Positions 1-11,930 of a stretch of DNA of 64,000 nt are shown here, piece after piece (the first letter of the stretch is position 1; each line of letters opens with the position of its first letter). The stretch comes from Mobula hypostoma. Lineage: Eukaryota. The DNA lies in assembly GCF_963921235.1 (NCBI RefSeq), contig NC_086109.1, positions 37,760,001-37,824,000 on the forward strand, written 5' to 3'. Below the pieces are notes generated by a model. The model had not been told where the DNA came from, did no database searches, and saw only the letters and a program-made list of their open reading frames with translations. The translations under genes were made by a program, and so were the position numbers.

Positions 1-1266
1 AGACTCTGATTGATATAAAGAAGAATAAAAATCACAAAAGGTTTGATTAATCCCCACATGATCCAATATCAATCGATCATTTTGGTTATAAATCTGATTG
101 ATTTGAGATTTAACATAATTAGATTTCAATTGATTAGCCAGCAGCTTGCCAATTTTATCACTGTGAACATAAAAATCACTTCTTGTTTTCTTTAATTGGT
201 TTACAATCGAGGACGAGAGTAGTAAACTGTGTTCCATTTGAAGTTCAGTTCTTTGTTTGTATAGCTCCTCAGAAGGAGCCATAACATATTTCTTATCAAT
301 TTCTTTAATCTTGTCCACAATTGCCATCTCCTCCTGCTTCTGTTTCTTCCTCAAAGCAACGGAATACGAAATAATCTGACCCCGAATATAGGCTTTAAAA
401 GTGTCCCAAAGAGTGTTAACCGAAATATCTTCTGTATGGTTAATTGTAAAAAAAAGCTCAATCTGTTCATTCATAAAATTAACAAAGTCCGAGTCCTGAA
501 GCAACAGCGAATTAAAACGCCATTGTCTATTGTTTGGTATATTGGCCATAATTTTAATAGAAAGCTTAAGTGGAGCATGATCCGAAATGGTTATAGAATC
601 ATAATCACATTTAATCACTGAAGGAATAAGACGAGAATCAATAAAAAAATAATCAATTCTTGAATAGGAATGATGAACATGTGAAAAAAAGGAAAAATCT
701 TTTTCCTGAGGATGCAGAAAACGCCAAATGTCCGTCGACCCAGAATCAGAAAGGAAAAAATTAATCAGATTTGCAGATTTATTAGGTAAAGTCCGTAAAG
801 GAGCCGAATGATCCAAAGCTGGAGATAAACAGGTATTAAGATCTCCGCCCCAAATCAATGAAAACTCGTTCAAATTCGGAAACTGATCAAACAATGATTT
901 ATAAAATTCCGGACAATCCATATTAGGAGCATAAACATTAACCAAAACTACTTTTTTATTAAATAGTAAACCACTAACCAATAAAAATCTACCATTCGGA
1001 TCAGAGATAATATCCTGTTGTATAAAAGTAACTGAGGAATCTATAAAAATAGAGACGCCTCGAATCTTAGCATTGGAGTTCGAATGAAATTGTTGACCCT
1101 TCCAGAATTTGAAAAAACGTAGTCTGTCCCCCCTCCGTACATGGGTCTCTTGTAAAAATAAAATTTGTGCTTTAAGTCTCCGGAACACTTTAAAAACTTT
1201 TTTTCTTTTAATAGGATGATTAAGACCATTAGTATTCCAGGAGACAAAATTAATAATAGACTCCAT
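1..1266 (-). CDS. L1 ORF2p N-terminus (APE endonuclease and linker), open to the window edge
   Basis: My manual translation from the ATG at 1266 gives 422 codons with no stop: MESIINFVSWNTNGLN...LQETH...NVYAPN...GGDLN...DIWR...SRIDYFF...SDH...WRFN...LWDTFKAYIRG. It is absent from the supplied track, presumably because it has no stop inside the window. Confidence 0.93.
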   Translation of the reverse strand, partial: MESIINFVSWNTNGLNHPIKRKKVFKVFRRLKAQILFLQETHVRRGDRLRFFKFWKGQQFHSNSNAKIRGVSIFIDSSVTFIQQDIISDPNGRFLLVSGLLFNKKVVLVNVYAPNMDCPEFYKSLFDQFPNLNEFSLIWGGDLNTCLSPALDHSAPLRTLPNKSANLINFFLSDSGSTDIWRFLHPQEKDFSFFSHVHHSYSRIDYFFIDSRLIPSVIKCDYDSITISDHAPLKLSIKIMANIPNNRQWRFNSLLLQDSDFVNFMNEQIELFFTINHTEDISVNTLWDTFKAYIRGQIISYSVALRKKQKQEEMAIVDKIKEIDKKYVMAPSEELYKQRTELQMEHSLLLSSSIVNQLKKTRSDFYVHSDKIGKLLANQLKSNYVKSQINQIYNQNDRLILDHVGINQTFCDFYSSLYQSES

Positions 1267-1986
1267 AAATCCTAAAGTCAACCCACAACAAGGAGGATTG
1301 ACAATAGGCGCGACCCACAAACCCGGAGAGGAAACAGAACATACAAAAGATACCGGGGAAAAGGACGCAACCAGTACTTCAATAATATATATAGCCCAAA
1401 GAAAAACAAACTAAAACGTGAAGCCCCTCCCACCACCCCCCACCCCAAGACCCCAAGGCAAAATCTAAAGCAGACCCGCCAGAAAGAAGCAAGCGCTAAA
1501 ACTACCCCCATGACTTCCGGTATACGCTCCCTAAAAAAAAGGTATAAATATGAAAAGGATCAGCTAATTGTAAAACAGTAAAAAAATAAGTAAAAATAAG
1601 TTAGCTCAATTAGAATACACACAGAACAGAACAAAAGCCGGAAAATATATATTAAAAAAAACCACAATAAACCTCAAACTCATGAATAGACACAGCAACA
1701 AAAAAAATAGGATTATTAACATAAAGTGATTATAAAAAGCAAAACAGAATAAAATTTTAAAAAAACTACAAAATTTAAGGCCGCACAGGAAATACGTAAG
1801 ATGACAAAAGGGAAGTAACCACCCAGAATCCCCTGGGAAAAGAAAGAAATGACGCAGTTAAAAAGAAAGTTTAGCAGCCATATTAAGAAATCAAAAGTAA
1901 ACTTTTCTGCCCAAATAGGGCGCAGAAAAGTTAAAACCAACCAATTCACAGCCTCCGATCAACGGAGAAAATTAAAAAAAAGGCAA

Positions 1987-2886
1987 TTAAGATGTTGAAG
2001 ATGAAAGTTGATCCAGATAACTCTGGGCATCCGATGGAGAATCAAAAAAACGAAGGGCTCCATCTAACATGCGAATCCTTAGACGTGCAGGGTACAGCAG
2101 CGCTGGTCTTAAATCCTTCTTATAGAATTCCGACATCACGGATCTGTAACGGACCCGTTGGTCCCAGATTGGTTTACTGAAATCTTCCACGAATCGGAAC
2201 TTAAGATCCGAAAAATCAATGAAACCTTTAGATCGAGCGAATCGAAACAGTCTCTCCTTGTCTTGAAAATAATGAAAACGTAAAATAACATGCCTAGGTC
2301 TATCTGACCTAGACGAGTATGATGGGATTCTGTGAACACGATCCAGTAGCGGTGGTTGGTCAGGAAATACAGTAGGGAATGCATCTTTTAAAAGTTGAGA
2401 GAAATATTTCATGGGGTTGTTAGCTTCAACGGCTTCCCTCACGCCAATCATTCGTAAATTCTGCCGTCGCATTCTAGATTCCAAGTCAGAGTTTTTAAAA
2501 GTCAAAAAGTCAAGTTTCTTCTTCATTACATTAATTGTTTCTTCGATTTTCCCCATCTTAAGCTCACTTTGTTGCGCGAATTTTTGAAGATCAGATATAG
2601 CCGACTGATGTTCCGCAATACATGTTTGCATCTTATCAATTAAATCGGCAATTTTCTGGAAATTAGTTGAGATTTCCGTATGAATCAGGTCTTTAACAAA
2701 GCCTGCAATTTCCGTACGAATCATCTCCCTAACAGAGGTTGAAATTTCCCTCTGAATTAACTCCGATATCGCTTTCAAAGTCACCGGTGATTCAGTCGGA
2801 GGGAGATCCGTAGCTTTCGGTTTAACCGGAGGTTTACCATCCTTGCCGTTTTTCCCGTTCTTAGACATAGCAGATCTAAGTATCAT
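1987..2886 (-). CDS. L1 ORF1p (coiled coil + RRM + CTD)
   Basis: 299-aa intact ORF with a heptad-rich region followed by the L1 ORF1 motifs DLESRMRRQNLRMIGVRE, LDRVHR, PRHVILRF and LLYPARLRI. The true start may be the second Met (MSKNGK). Confidence 0.92.
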   Translation of the reverse strand: MILRSAMSKNGKNGKDGKPPVKPKATDLPPTESPVTLKAISELIQREISTSVREMIRTEIAGFVKDLIHTEISTNFQKIADLIDKMQTCIAEHQSAISDLQKFAQQSELKMGKIEETINVMKKKLDFLTFKNSDLESRMRRQNLRMIGVREAVEANNPMKYFSQLLKDAFPTVFPDQPPLLDRVHRIPSYSSRSDRPRHVILRFHYFQDKERLFRFARSKGFIDFSDLKFRFVEDFSKPIWDQRVRYRSVMSEFYKKDLRPALLYPARLRIRMLDGALRFFDSPSDAQSYLDQLSSSTS

Positions 2887-3041
2887 CCAATTGTCAGAGA
2901 ATTCAGTTTAATTCAAAGTATTGTAAAAATTGATGCCTTAATGGTTAATTAAAGTATAGCTGACCATAGAGAAAAAAAAACTCAGAGGTAATGGAGCGAG
3001 TCAAGAACGCGACTTCACTCCATGAGCGCTACCGGAAGTCT

Positions 3042-3937
3042 CAGCTCCTAAACTCAATCCCACGACTGATGAAGGCCAATGCATTGTATGCTTTCTTAAC
3101 CACAGATTCAACCTGTGTAGCAGCTTTGAGTGTCCTATGGACTCGGACCCCAAGATCCCTCTGATCCTCAACACAGCCAAGAGTCTTACCATTAATACTA
3201 TATTCTGCCATCCTATTTGACCTACCAAAATGAACCACCTCACAATTATTTGGGTTGATCTCCATCTGCCACTTCTCATCCCAGTTTTGCATCCTATCAA
3301 TGTCCCATTGTAACTTCTGACAGCCCTCCACACTACCCACAACACCCCCAACCTTCGTGTCATCAGCAAATTTACTAACCCATCCCTCCACTTCCGCATC
3401 CAGGTCATTTATAAAAATCACAAAAAGTAGGGGTCCCAGAACAGATCCCTGAGGCACACCACTGGTCACTGACCTCCACGCAGAATATGACCCGTCTACA
3501 ACCACTCTTTGCCTTCTGTGGGCAAGCCAGTTCTGGATCCACAAAGCAATGTCCCCTTGGATCCCATGCCTCCTTACTTTCTCAATAAGCCTTGCATGGG
3601 GTACCTTATCAAATGCCTTGCTGAAATCCATGTACACTACACCTACGGCTCTACCTTCATCAATGTGTTTAGTCACATCCTCAAAAAATTCAATAAGGCT
3701 CGTAAGGCACGACCTGCCTTTGACAAATCCATGCTGACTATACCTAATCTTATTATGCCTCTCCAAGTGTTCATAAATTCTGCCTCTCAGGATCTTCTCC
3801 ATCAACTTACCAAAGACTGAAGTAAGACTCACTGGCCTGTAATTTTCTGGGCTATCCATACTCCCTTTCTTGAATAAGGGAACAACATCCACAGCCCTCC
3901 AATCCTCTGGAACCTCTCCCGTCCTCATTGATGATGC
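3042..3937 (-). mobile_element. CR1 LINE ORF2 (RT) fragment, interrupted by the L1
   Basis: CR1 RT motifs NYRPVSLTS, YMDFSKAFDKVPH, GVPQGSVLGP and FADD. Near-identical to 23430-24021. Confidence 0.92.
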
Positions 3938-4149
3938 ACTACTGTACTGCCATGTATGGAAGATTAAACAATTTCCAGCAGCTGCAGATTTTCTCTTGTT
4001 GGTAACTTTCCACCAGATCAAGGTGCACAACACAGTTCGTAGAACTCACGGTACATATGGAGGACACAGTCAGTTATTCGCATGGCAGTGAGAAGCAAGA
4101 ACTGTGCCAATGTAATTTGAATTCTGTAGTGATTTTTTCTTTCTTTTTT

Positions 4150-4510
4150 GAGTCAAGGAGTTGTACAGCATCGAGAAGGGCCCATGTTGACATTTTGGCT
4201 GACTACAATCATTCACATTAGGTCAGTATTTTTCTTTGCCTTGCCCATTCAAATATCTGTCCAAGTGTCTCATAATGATTGCCATTGTATCTGACTCAAT
4301 GACCTTCAACAGTGAGTTCCAGATATCAATAATTCTCTGTGTGATTACATTTTCCCTTCATTCCCTTTAAAATTATTTCTGCTTACCACTGAGCTTAAGC
4401 CCTCTTGCTCTTAATATCCATAACATGGGGTAAAGATTCTGACTACCCTCTATCTATGACTCTCATAATTATATCTTCCTCTTTCTGTCTCATTCCTCAG
4501 CCTTTCCAAC
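4150..4510 (-). mobile_element. Old CR1 3' fragment
   Basis: Degenerate similarity to the CR1 3' ends at 22855 and 60820. Confidence 0.5.
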
Positions 4511-4739
4511 TTCTTCCCATAACCAGGGTCTTCTGGTGCTCAGAGAAGACAGCATCTCATCACATTTCTTAATATTCACAGTCTTTTCCAAGTAATGTCC
4601 CAGATAATACTATTTATATAACTGTTCACTTTGCAGCAAAGATACCTGAAATCTGAAGGTAGGAAGACCAGTGATAAAAGTAGTTAAGGTCTATCTCTAT
4701 GGCAATGGAAGCATTTATTTCTTCCACTTCAACAAGCCG

Positions 4740-4935
4740 GCACTGCCCAGTTACATGCTTGTGACCAATTAACCGACTGACCTGTGTATCTTCGGAATAT
4801 GGGAGGAAAATGGATCACCCAGAGAAGCTTTCATGGGAAAAACACACAAACCATTACAAAGAGCGGTGTAATTGAACCCGGATCTCTGGCACTGTAATGT
4901 CAGTACACTAAACGCTATGTAGCCATGCCACTGTC
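4740..4935 (-). mobile_element. tRNA-derived V-SINE (HE1-like), degenerate
   Basis: Reverse complement of the SINE head/core seen at 26935 and 27235. Confidence 0.5.
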
Positions 4936-7900
4936 TGTAAGGAGTTTGTGTACTACTGTACCGCCATACGTAGAAGCTTAAACAATGAACGGATAACTTA
5001 AGTACAGAAAAGGCAATGTTACATAGTAAAGTTTGCCACTGAGATAAATTTCACATAATTTTGGAAGTCGTTTGCTTCGAAGCATTACGATTATGCACTA
5101 GTGGCATAGGTCTGATTTAGTAGCAATAGAGATAATGGCAGAAAAACACTGCTGAAAATTTAGCCAATTGACATCAGATCTGTCAACAATTAAATGCAGA
5201 AGTTTATGATTCATCTAAGACACAATCAGGGACCATAATTAATATAACAAAACCAGTTCAAGAGGCAGGCATAACATATAGATGGCAAAAATGATGAGAA
5301 CTAACTTAGATCCCATTGGAAATTAGAAGTGGCCTTGAAGGTACAGTACTTGGAGCAATTGCCATTTGAGGTGCTGTACTTCTGCATCAATATGAAATAG
5401 TTGTCAATAAAAAAGAGAGATTAAGAAGAGATGGACGCAGAGACGTCATGGAGTAGAATGGAAATATTAGCCTTTTAAAAGGAGTGCTCAGGAAAGTTGA
5501 AACAGGCCAGTTAATTCCAGTCGTGCTCACATGGGAGACAAGGGGACTTTCAGTTGACTCTTCGCTCACTCAATTCTCTTTCAATTTTCAGTGCTCTCAA
5601 GGATTTGAAGAGTTTGAAGAGGTGGATATGATTTGCGAAATAATGACACCAAGAAGGAGGTTGGAAAAATTGCAGGGCTGGCATCAAAATCTATTTCAAT
5701 TCCACATGCTTGAGGCCATATCTTGATTTAGAACCAGCAGAGTGAGATAAAAATATGTGATTATATAATATGTTTTGTGACTTCAGCACATCTAAAATCA
5801 ATTTGCAGCCAACTAGGAACTTCTGTAGTTGGTGCAAGGAACTCGCGGCACATCAGCTTATTGAGGTTTTGGATTTTAAATACACATTGGGAATTCCAAA
5901 GTAATTTACTGTATGGGCAGATTAAATACAAGTGGAGATGATCAGTCTCCACAGGTTGTTAATTATAAATTGTGAAATGCCAACGCATGATCAAAGGCAA
6001 TAAGCTTGAGTAACCAGTTCCAAATGAAACCCTTAGGAACTTAGTTAAATTTTTACCATGGGTAGAGGCAAACTCTCCTTGGTTACTAATTTTTGTTTTT
6101 TTCTTCTGGAGACAATGTTTTCAACGTCATTTTAAAACAGAAAAAAAAGTGCTAAATTTAATATGCAAATCTGAGCATCAAGTTATTTTTCTTTGAGCAT
6201 TTTACTGCGTTAATGCATTGAATGTAATGGCAATGACCATCTCTTTGTTTGAAAACAGTGACAGAATGAAAGAAATCATTTACATCACCCCATGTTCCCA
6301 TCGAACTAAATATCATATGAGTGAAAATTAGCAACACTTTATTTATTGGCTGTAAAAATGGAAAATCTAATTATTTTTCTTTCAGTCAAAATGGGCTGCT
6401 TATTGGACTTCGAAAATCAGAACCTATGGCTTGATAATAATGTTAGTAAGCATCAGATTTTTTGCAAAAAACCAATGTTTAAATTATCTGTGGTTCATTC
6501 TAGTCTCCTTACACATCTCACTGAATGTGATGCACTTTCCTTAAAAGTACGTGTTTTAAGTACAATGCAGTCATTGTATAAAGATAAACTAAGTATTCAG
6601 ACAAAATACTTCTTGTATTAGAGAAACACAACCTTTGAATTTATGGTGCAATACACTAACCTTGACTTTAATCATGGCTTGTGATTGTACTGGCTTTGAT
6701 TTTTATCATTTTCAGTTAATTTTGGCAAAATACCAAAATATTTTTTTAAAAAGCACATCAGATAGTTAGTGAGGAGCTTTAAGCTTGTTTGGCTAGTGTA
6801 GTTCTTAGTCTGAAGGATGAGAATTTTCTTAGAGGAGTTCAGACATGGGAATGAATATGTCACATATCAATTTAAACAAAACTTGCAACATACTGGTCAT
6901 GTATGTGCTCTGGGTAGTGATTTATTCTATGGAGCTGGATGTGAATTCCAACCAATCCTGGGTCATCGCATCAGAATATTAAGTCAAATTAGCATGAAGA
7001 TATGTTGTCAAATACTGAACTTACGCAAAATTAGCCAAGTTAGTCGTGCCTAACATTGTTTACAAAGATTTATTTCTTCCTCTTCTCTGCACCTTGAAAT
7101 TTAAGGTGGGCCATTTTCAATTTTGACATTCAGTATTTTCAAGTCAGCTATCTCTATTGGATAAACCACCCTTATTGTCCCAGAGTAGTATACCTTCAGC
7201 CCATCTTCAGTTCCCTTTCACTACACCATTGCTACATTTCTATCCCATAACCTGCTACCACTGTGGACTGTCAAAGAAGTAGCATAAACTCTATTTTACA
7301 AATCAAAAATATCTTATCTGTAAGGTAGTAAAAAAAACTAGAAATAGATACTGACTTTTTTTTCCCAAGATTCCTGGCATTTCTGAAAATAATGCAATAC
7401 ATCTCAGCCAATGTGCATGAGAGAGCGAATTTCTGGATTTGTTCAAAGAACTAATGAGTAACTTGTGAAGCATTTCATCATACAGAATTGAGAAATGTTA
7501 ATATTTTCCTTGGTCAGGCCTGATATTACTAATCTAGTGCTTGAGAAGATTTAAAATATTACCACCAGTATACAAAAAATATTCTGAGAGGTTACCATCA
7601 TTGACTAAATATGAAGCATGAAGCAGAAATAAATGAATAGGAAAAAAATATTTTTATTGATTATGTTAATCCAGTCAGCAAACTATTCTGTGCTAAACAG
7701 ATTCAGAAGGAACTGCAAGTTAGGTAGTTTTTATATTTATGAATCAGTATCTTAACTACAACTAATTTCTAAATGAGTGTTAATGGAATCTTCACATTGT
7801 GGGACATTATACATTGTATTTAAGGCTAGAAGTTATTCGAGAGGCTTTGAAAAGAGGCTTGAAATTAGTTTGCATAACAGGATGTCTTTTTTTCTGTTCT

Positions 7901-9524
7901 AATCAAAGTAATATGACCAATATATTGTCTGCATGATTACATGAGCATTCTTGCCCTACCTCATGCACGGGGGCATCACTACATGCTACATACTACATGC
8001 AAAGATGTCAAATTAAGTTGAATGAACTTAAGGTCCATTTGGTATGTTTTGATAATATAAATTTGGCCTTCTTGCCCAGTACCAAGGACAAACCTGACAT
8101 AGTTTCTAGTTTGGAGTCAGTAGGTCCCATTTATAATATCCTATTGTCCTCAACACCTTTCCCCTTTGAACTGACCATCCTTGGACTTCAGCCCAGTTAT
8201 GTAGCTGAACACAATCCTAAACTCCTCTCCCTTCATCCACCACCTCCCCCCCCCACCCCCACCCAGCAACTGATCTTTCAGCAGTACCTAGGCTTTCTTA
8301 GTAGAACACATTTGCATTTGTGGACCTAAGACCAAATCATTAATACATTGCATCAACAACAATTAAGCACACCCGTTTATGTTCATGAGAATTTGTAGGC
8401 TGTTGTCTTTCTGCATTGAGGGCACCAAATGTATTTGTGGTTCCAACTTAAAACCCAGTTACAGGCTTTGAGCAACTATGAAAACAGGCAACAGCTTCTT
8501 ATTTATTTTTATTCCCCTTATTCATAATAGAAGTATTTACCAGAATCAATGCATGATATAGTCTTCTGTTACATTCCTTAAAACCAATAGGATGTTGCCA
8601 TTCATGTGGCCCCGTGGGATTGTACGTTATTAGAATAATTGAGGGGCTTCCTCGCCCATCCCGACCCTCTCTGTCCCGTAGTGGAAGAACTTCGTTCTGT
8701 GGTCTTCTTAATGAGTCATATTACAAAGATTGAACAAAGAAAAGATTATGTAGAGCATCTTATTATATATCATCCCTTTCAACTCTCTTGACATACAAAA
8801 TTTTATCTCAGGTTTATTTAACATTGCTTAAACCCATTGGAGCATCTTTAGTAAGAAGATTCCCCATCAAATGTCTAACTCCCTCCCTAATATGCTGAAT
8901 AGTGATACCTACTAGTCTTCTGTTCTGAAATTCAAGAATGTTTTGACTTTCCTGGCTGGATGGTGGAGGCTGGGGTCTGGAATGAATCTGCAAGGATGGG
9001 ATAGCAGAGGTGGAGTGAAGGGTTCTTATGGAAGGGTATTGCTGTGGATGGCAGGTAGAGGAAGAATGTCTTCCAGAATATTTTCCAACTTTTAATATTA
9101 GTCGATTTTATCTTCTGTGAGGTATGGGCACACTTGATACCCAGAACATTATTGCCCAACCTCATCAAATATGTTCTCCAAATTTCTCCATGATATGATT
9201 TGCATCAGCCCAGATCTTGCTGGTAAATGTCAATAACTTTGAATCAAACTACTGGCATTTACCAGTTTGAATGGCAACAAGTCTGGGACTTACATGCACT
9301 GTCAAGCCCAGAAGTTAGCCCAGAAAGACTGAGAATACTAAATCCATCGTTTATTTGGTGTTGTCGTTTTGTTGCTTGTTGTGTTGCGTGTTTGTGTGTT
9401 CTTCTGCTGAGCATTCTGGGCATGCTATTTTGGCACTGCCTCCAGCACACTTTCGGATATGTTGGTTGTTAATGCAAATGACACATTTCACTGTATGTAT
9501 GCATGAAAAGATTACATAAGGTTG

Positions 9525-10110
9525 TTATAGGTGGGCGGTGATAGTGGGGATAATCTCCCACTACATATTAAATTCTCCCAATGGCGTGTACCTCAAATAG
9601 CCTCTGACAACCAAATCCAACTCCTGGCCTTCTCATGTGGCTTAGCTACTAAGCCCAGCGGAACTGTTTCTACTGACAGTAGATGGGGGCAAAGGCAGGT
9701 TACTGATGCCTTAAAACCAGTCGCTGTGGGCAGATGAGGCTCATCAGCTGTGGTTGGCAGCTCATCTAGGAGAAGGAAAACTCGGATTTCAAGCCTCCAC
9801 TGCCTTGCAGCTATACCCACTCATGGGGAAGGCTTCAGGAGTAAACCCCAAGGGAAAAATCTGGATTTAAGGCAGTCCTACATTGAGTTCAATGTTGATT
9901 GGCAACTCCTGTGATGCTGCTGGTACCAAACTGTATTGGTCTCTGTTTTTCCTTTGGGTTCATCAGATGGGTGGAGAGGGGGAGCTTGATACATGGGCAA
10001 CAGCTTGCTCTCCATCTTGTACCACCCAGGCTTGCGTATCTAGACAGCAAGGATGCAATATCTACTGTCAACCCGACTGTCAAAGGCCCTCACCTCACCT
10101 CACACATGAC
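9525..10110 (+). mobile_element. RTE-related non-autonomous element (RTE 5'UTR-like), copy 1
   Basis: Homologous to 44000-44590. Contains the GGAGAAGGAAAACTC motif typical of RTE 5'UTRs and ends in a short tandem tail (CCTCA)n. Confidence 0.6.
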
Positions 10111-10649
10111 AAGCAATCGTGCATCTTGAAAATCCATAGGTATAAAACATAGAGGAGAGTGCTTTTTAAAAAATTATTTCAATGTAGTCTGATGTTTAAT
10201 GTTCTTGGAGTTTTTATTGTTTTAGTTATTTACTTTCAACGTATATTTTTGATGTTTCAGGATGTCAAAAGCCACAGGATTGTTTCAGGGTAGGACTTGC
10301 CCACTGGATCACTGGAGACACATCAAGATAAATGTAGATATGGTGAGACTTCCAATGGGATCTCATAGCACTATTGCAAATAGGGGTGTTGTAACTCTTC
10401 TCACCATCTCTCCACCTGTGTATATCCATTGTGAGAAGGAAACCCGTGCAAATTGGTTGCCACGTTACGAAAATGTCTTGTTGGCTACAGGCATATTCTG
10501 AAAGGGGCACGTGAGCTTCCCTATAAATGCAAATTTTTCCTGCGATGCACCGATGAGCTTGTTTAGCAGCACACAAGTATCTCTGAAATATGCTAGGGTC
10601 GTCTGTCAGTGGCTTTTAGTCCAGTCACTGTGTCCATAAACACTGTACT

Positions 10650-10860
10650 AAATTCTGCAAGTGCTGGAAATGCAGAGTAACACACACAGAATGCTGGAGG
10701 AGCTCAGGTTGGGCAGCATTTATGAGAAGGAATAAACAGCCAACATTTCAGCCTGAGACCCGTCATCAGGATGGGCTCTCATCCTGAGATATCAATGCTT
10801 TATTCCTTTCCTTGGATCCAGCCTGACCTGCTGAGTCCCTCCGTCATTTGATGTGTGTCA
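10650..10860. mobile_element. Old Penelope terminal-repeat fold-back copy
   Basis: Two degenerate inverted arms of the Penelope terminal repeat meeting near 10770. Confidence 0.6.
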
Positions 10861-11779
10861 CTTCATTTCCATTTCTTTTTGGCTTTTGTGCTTAATAATC
10901 ATCAGCTTGCATATGATCTTAGAAACTATTATGAAACCCAAAAATCAAGAGTTTTGATTTGTTTTGCCCATTTTAAGCACTCTCCAATTAACGCTCAGAC
11001 TATGCACTTTTTACAGATTTCTTTGAGATTATTTGCTATTTTAGGATATTCTAATAAATCATTTAACTAGAAAAAATGTCATTCAGAACTACAATGGGAA
11101 TCTAATCTTACACAGCATATAAAAAGCTTTTGTATGCTGATTGATGGCCTTGGCACTTGCACAGAGAGATTTTGCCGAATTACTAAAATGTAGATTTCTT
11201 CAGTTGGTATTCAAATTACAATTGTATAATTTCTATGGAAAATCATAACTTTTTCGAACTGATTCAGCAATTAAATTGTAGTTACAAATAAGAGCATTTG
11301 GCAGGAAGTTCATGAAAAAATAAGGAAATTACGAGCTTATTCAAACCATGATAACTCATATGAAAAGCCATGAAGCTGGCAGCGAAGTACAATGACCACA
11401 GTTATTATGACTTATATTATGTTGATTTATTGTCCTGTTTAAAAATGGTATAACTTATTTTATAGATACAAATAGTAGCTCCATCTCAACGGTTATTTGC
11501 TGTAGATAAAATGCTTTGGTAATGTTTTACCTTTTTAAATTAAAACCGAACAGCCAAAGCGAACTTAAGTTCTATTGCGCCTTTGTTCTATTTAAATCTT
11601 TCAGTCCTCTTAGAAATTGACTCAAGACTAAATAAGCAATTAGAGGATTTGACTTTTTAAAATTATGATTCAGACAAATGAAAGCTTGGATCCAAAAATA
11701 TGAAATAAAATGGAAAGATGTGATGAGTTACTAGAACTAGCGTTACCTAGTTCATTAATGTTCTTTAGGTATGAAACTC

Positions 11780-11930
11780 TTCCTCCCCTCACCCCACCTC
11801 CTTATTCTGACTTTTCCTCTTCCTTTCCAGTCCTGATAAAGGGTCTCAGCCCAAAACATCGATTGTTTACTCTTTCTATAGATACTGCCCGGCCTGCTGA
11901 GTCCCTCCAGCATTTTATGTGTATTGTTTA
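11780..11930 (+). mobile_element. Penelope terminal-repeat fragment
   Basis: tcctgataaagggtctcagcccaaaacatcgattg...gagtccctccagcatttt, a degenerate family copy. Confidence 0.65.

Larger units (their letters stand above)
1..3041 (-). mobile_element. L1-clade LINE, 5' part (5'UTR, ORF1, inter-ORF spacer, ORF2 N-terminus); continues beyond the left edge
   Basis: ORF1 followed by an APE-endonuclease ORF2 in tandem on the minus strand. The short 5'UTR starts near GAGACTTCCGG. CpGs are retained, and the 5' end abuts an interrupted CR1. Confidence 0.93.

Noticed and set aside
3041..4033. 330-aa RT ORF as a stand-alone gene or retron-like RT
   Set aside because: It is a CR1 ORF2 fragment. The first ~30 residues come from unrelated flank, and the end is cut by the L1 insertion.
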